Assembly: GCA_033551855.1 (NCBI GenBank)
Contig: JAWSUI010000026.1
Location: 1 to 51,920, forward strand
Reading direction: 5' to 3'
Length of the DNA stretch: 51,920 nucleotides
Origin: Deferrisomatales bacterium
Lineage (GTDB): Bacteria; Desulfobacterota; Deferrisomatia; Deferrisomatales; JACRMM01
In this document: one piece after another, positions 49,778 through 51,920 of the stretch
Layout of the letters: each line of letters starts with the position of its first letter
Position numbering within the stretch: the stretch's first letter is position 1
Notes under the pieces: model-generated
Database searches by the model: none
Seen by the model: the letters and a program-made list of their open reading frames with translations, nothing else
Told to the model about the DNA's origin: nothing
Position numbers and translations under genes: made by a program

Positions 49778-50165
49778 AGCGGCCCAGGGCCTGCGCAACC
49801 TGGGCTCCGCGCTCGAGCGCCTTCGAGAGGCACTGGGGGAACCCGAACACTCCACCCTGGCCATCGACGGAACCATCCAGCGTTTCGAGTTCGTGATCGA
49901 GCTCTTCTGGAAGACCTTGAAGCGCTGCCTCGAACAGGAAGGTATCGAGACCCGAACCCCCAAAGAGACGCTGCAACGGGCCCATCAGGCCGCCTGGCTG
50001 GGGGACGAGACCGCGTGGCTCCAGATGCTCCGGGACCGCAACGAGACCTCCCACATCTACGACGAAGCGGCCGCCCGAAGGATCTACGGCCACATCCGCG
50101 AGTACTTCCCCGAGATGGAGAAAACCTTCGCCTTCCTCTCGGATCGGTTCCCCGTGGAATGGTGA
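49764..50165 (+). CDS. HEPN toxin / HI0074-family nucleotidyltransferase substrate-binding protein
   Basis: DGTIQRFEFVIELFWKTLK, RNETSHIY (Rx4HxY); overlaps MNT end. Confidence 0.9.
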   Translation: MHGNKAAQGLRNLGSALERLREALGEPEHSTLAIDGTIQRFEFVIELFWKTLKRCLEQEGIETRTPKETLQRAHQAAWLGDETAWLQMLRDRNETSHIYDEAAARRIYGHIREYFPEMEKTFAFLSDRFPVEW

Positions 50166-50184
50166 AGAGGCGCCCGAGCCGGGG

Positions 50185-50224
50185 GTCAATGACCATTGAC
50201 TAAGTTTAGTCAATGGCCATTGCA
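50185..50224. promoter_or_regulatory. nested palindrome/direct repeat upstream of ATPase
   Basis: GTCAATGACCATTGAC-TAAGTTTA-GTCAATGGCCATTGCA; central CCATTGACTAA-GT-TTAGTCAATGG is a perfect inverted repeat. Confidence 0.7.
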
Positions 50225-50255
50225 TAAACTTCACGTCCTGGTATCCTCCCACCTC

Positions 50256-51662
50256 ATGGACCCCCGTTTCCTCCCCCACAACTCCCATCTGGACGGCTTG
50301 GCCGCCTTCGAAGAGCGCGACCCGCAACTTCGCATCCTGCGCGGCCTCCCCCTCGTGCACCGGCCCGCACTCCTCTCGCAACTACCCCGAAGTGTGCCTG
50401 GGATCTACACGGTGGGGGGCGGGCGCCAGATCGGCAAGTCCACGCTTCTCAAACTGTGGGTGCGCGAGCTCCTGCGGGAGGGCGTGGCCCCGCCGCGAAT
50501 CGCCTACTTCACCGGTGAGCTCATCGACGACCACCACGCGCTCGTCCGGCTCGTGTCGGAGCACCTGGCGGACCAGCCCAGGCCCGAGCCCACATTCTTG
50601 GCCGTGGACGAGGTCACCTACATCCGCGAGTGGGACCGCGGGGTGAAGTACCTGGCCGACGCCGGGCTCCTGGAGGACACGGTCCTGGTAATCACCGGCT
50701 CGGACCTGACCTTCCTGCGGGAGGCGCGCATGCGTCTGCCGGGCCGCCGGGGCCCGGCCCACGTGGCCAACTTTCACCTCTTCCCGTTGAGCTTTCGCGA
50801 GATGCTGAAGCTCAAGGGCAGCCTCGACGACCCGGACGAAGTGTTCGACCCGAAGCGCGCGCCGCGCCCCGAGACCCTGAGGATTCTGTTCGAGGAGCTC
50901 GAGCAGTACCTGATGCACGGCGGCTACCTCACCGCCGTAAACGACCTCGCCCAGGAAGGCACGATCCGGCCGTCTACCTTCGCCACGTATCAAGAGTGGA
51001 TCCGCGGCGACGTGCTCAAGCGAGGCAAACACGAGAGCTACCTGCGGGAGGTGCTGGGCGCCATCGTGAACCGCTACGGCAGCCAGGTGTCGTGGAACGC
51101 CCTCGCCCGGGAGCTCTCGATCGACCACCCCCAGACGGTGGCCGACTACGTGGCGCTCCTGGCCTCGATGGACGCGGTATTCGTCCAGCCGGCCCTCCGG
51201 GAGGAGGCCCTGGCCCCGGCTCCCAAGAAACCGAAGAAGGTTCTGTTCGCCGACCCGTTCATCTTTCACGCGGTGCGTTCCTGGCTGAAGCCCGTGGCGA
51301 ATCCCTTCGCCGAACAGGTCCGGGTCGCCGTGGGGGACCCGGAGTGGGCGGGCCGGCTGGCCGAGGCGTGCGTGACAGCCCACTTCCAGCGGTACTTTCC
51401 CACCTACTATCTGAAGGCCGAGGGGGAGGTGGATGTGGCCGTGGTCCACGGGGGCCGGTTCTGGCCCATTGAGGTCAAGTGGACCGGCCAAGTGCGGCCC
51501 AAGGACCTGAAGCAGGTCCGCAAGTACCAGAACGGGGTCGTCTGGGGGCGGGTCCGAAGGAGCGGAAGCCTCGAAGGTGTGCCTGTCGAACCTCTGCCCT
51601 TGGCCCTGGCGCGGATCACCGAACGAGGGCCCGCCCCCCTCTGCCTCGCCGAAGCCCGATAG
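50256..51662 (+). CDS. AAA_14 ATPase with DUF4143/nuclease-like C-terminus
   Basis: Walker A GGRQIGKST, Walker B LAVDEV, ITGS, GGY, KKVLFAD, EVD..IEVK; start could be upstream. Confidence 0.85.
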   Translation: MDPRFLPHNSHLDGLAAFEERDPQLRILRGLPLVHRPALLSQLPRSVPGIYTVGGGRQIGKSTLLKLWVRELLREGVAPPRIAYFTGELIDDHHALVRLVSEHLADQPRPEPTFLAVDEVTYIREWDRGVKYLADAGLLEDTVLVITGSDLTFLREARMRLPGRRGPAHVANFHLFPLSFREMLKLKGSLDDPDEVFDPKRAPRPETLRILFEELEQYLMHGGYLTAVNDLAQEGTIRPSTFATYQEWIRGDVLKRGKHESYLREVLGAIVNRYGSQVSWNALARELSIDHPQTVADYVALLASMDAVFVQPALREEALAPAPKKPKKVLFADPFIFHAVRSWLKPVANPFAEQVRVAVGDPEWAGRLAEACVTAHFQRYFPTYYLKAEGEVDVAVVHGGRFWPIEVKWTGQVRPKDLKQVRKYQNGVVWGRVRRSGSLEGVPVEPLPLALARITERGPAPLCLAEAR

Positions 51663-51920
51663 GGTGCGCCGCGAAGCACGGCTACGAAACACCGTCGACC
51701 CTCGGATCTCTTGATCCCACAGCCACAGTCGCCGGCTCGGCGCCATCGAGGAGGAGGCTGACCCCTCGACCTTGCTACCCGTTTGGGCGGCCGACCCCGC
51801 TCCTGCGCGGCCCTCCCTTCAGGGGAGCCGACCCACCTGACGATTTCCCGGCCGAGGCTCACTTCTTGTCAGCATTGTCCGGTTAGGTTATTGCAGCAGT
51901 CGGGTATCGGCCGGGTTCGT

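Noticed and set aside
51663..51920. Possible IS end or gene remnant at the right edge
   Set aside because: Slight drop in GC after about 51860 but no recognisable terminal repeat or protein motif within the window

Overview
Very GC-rich (about 70% by eye) bacterial chromosome segment, probably from an anaerobic Desulfobacterota/Deferrisoma-like organism (inferred from gene content only). Left part (1-19 kb): PLP aminotransferase, speD-speE polyamine genes, pirin, a TetR/QueG-like Fe-S protein/MBL hydrolase unit, a frameshifted DUF504 remnant, MFS transporter, an alpha-glucan/sugar-nucleotide cluster (response regulator, NTP-transferase-PMM fusion, GH57, GalT), rubrerythrin, YbhB and a MASE3 hybrid kinase. 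The core (19.1-40.1 kb, minus strand) is one 18-gene run: two-subunit fumarase, hdrC-hdrB-hdrA-hdrA', hdrC-hdrB-(hdrA+hdrA' fused), mvhD, FdhB/FrhB-like, a soluble fumarate-reductase-like pair, sucCD and a HydABC/NuoEFG-like NADH module with no catalytic subunit. It is a candidate cytoplasmic electron-bifurcating fumarate/succinate redox system. 15 of its 17 gene junctions carry short tandem or hairpin repeats from several families. Right part: LysR, MFP plus an RND-TolC fusion with an internal signal-peptide-like linker, vapBC, an E. coli-type mdh with a LysR-style box resembling the operon's promoter region, an MNT-HEPN pair and an AAA_14/DUF4143 ATPase. No rRNA, tRNA, CRISPR array or transposase was recognised. 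Start codons were chosen by eye and no database search was run.
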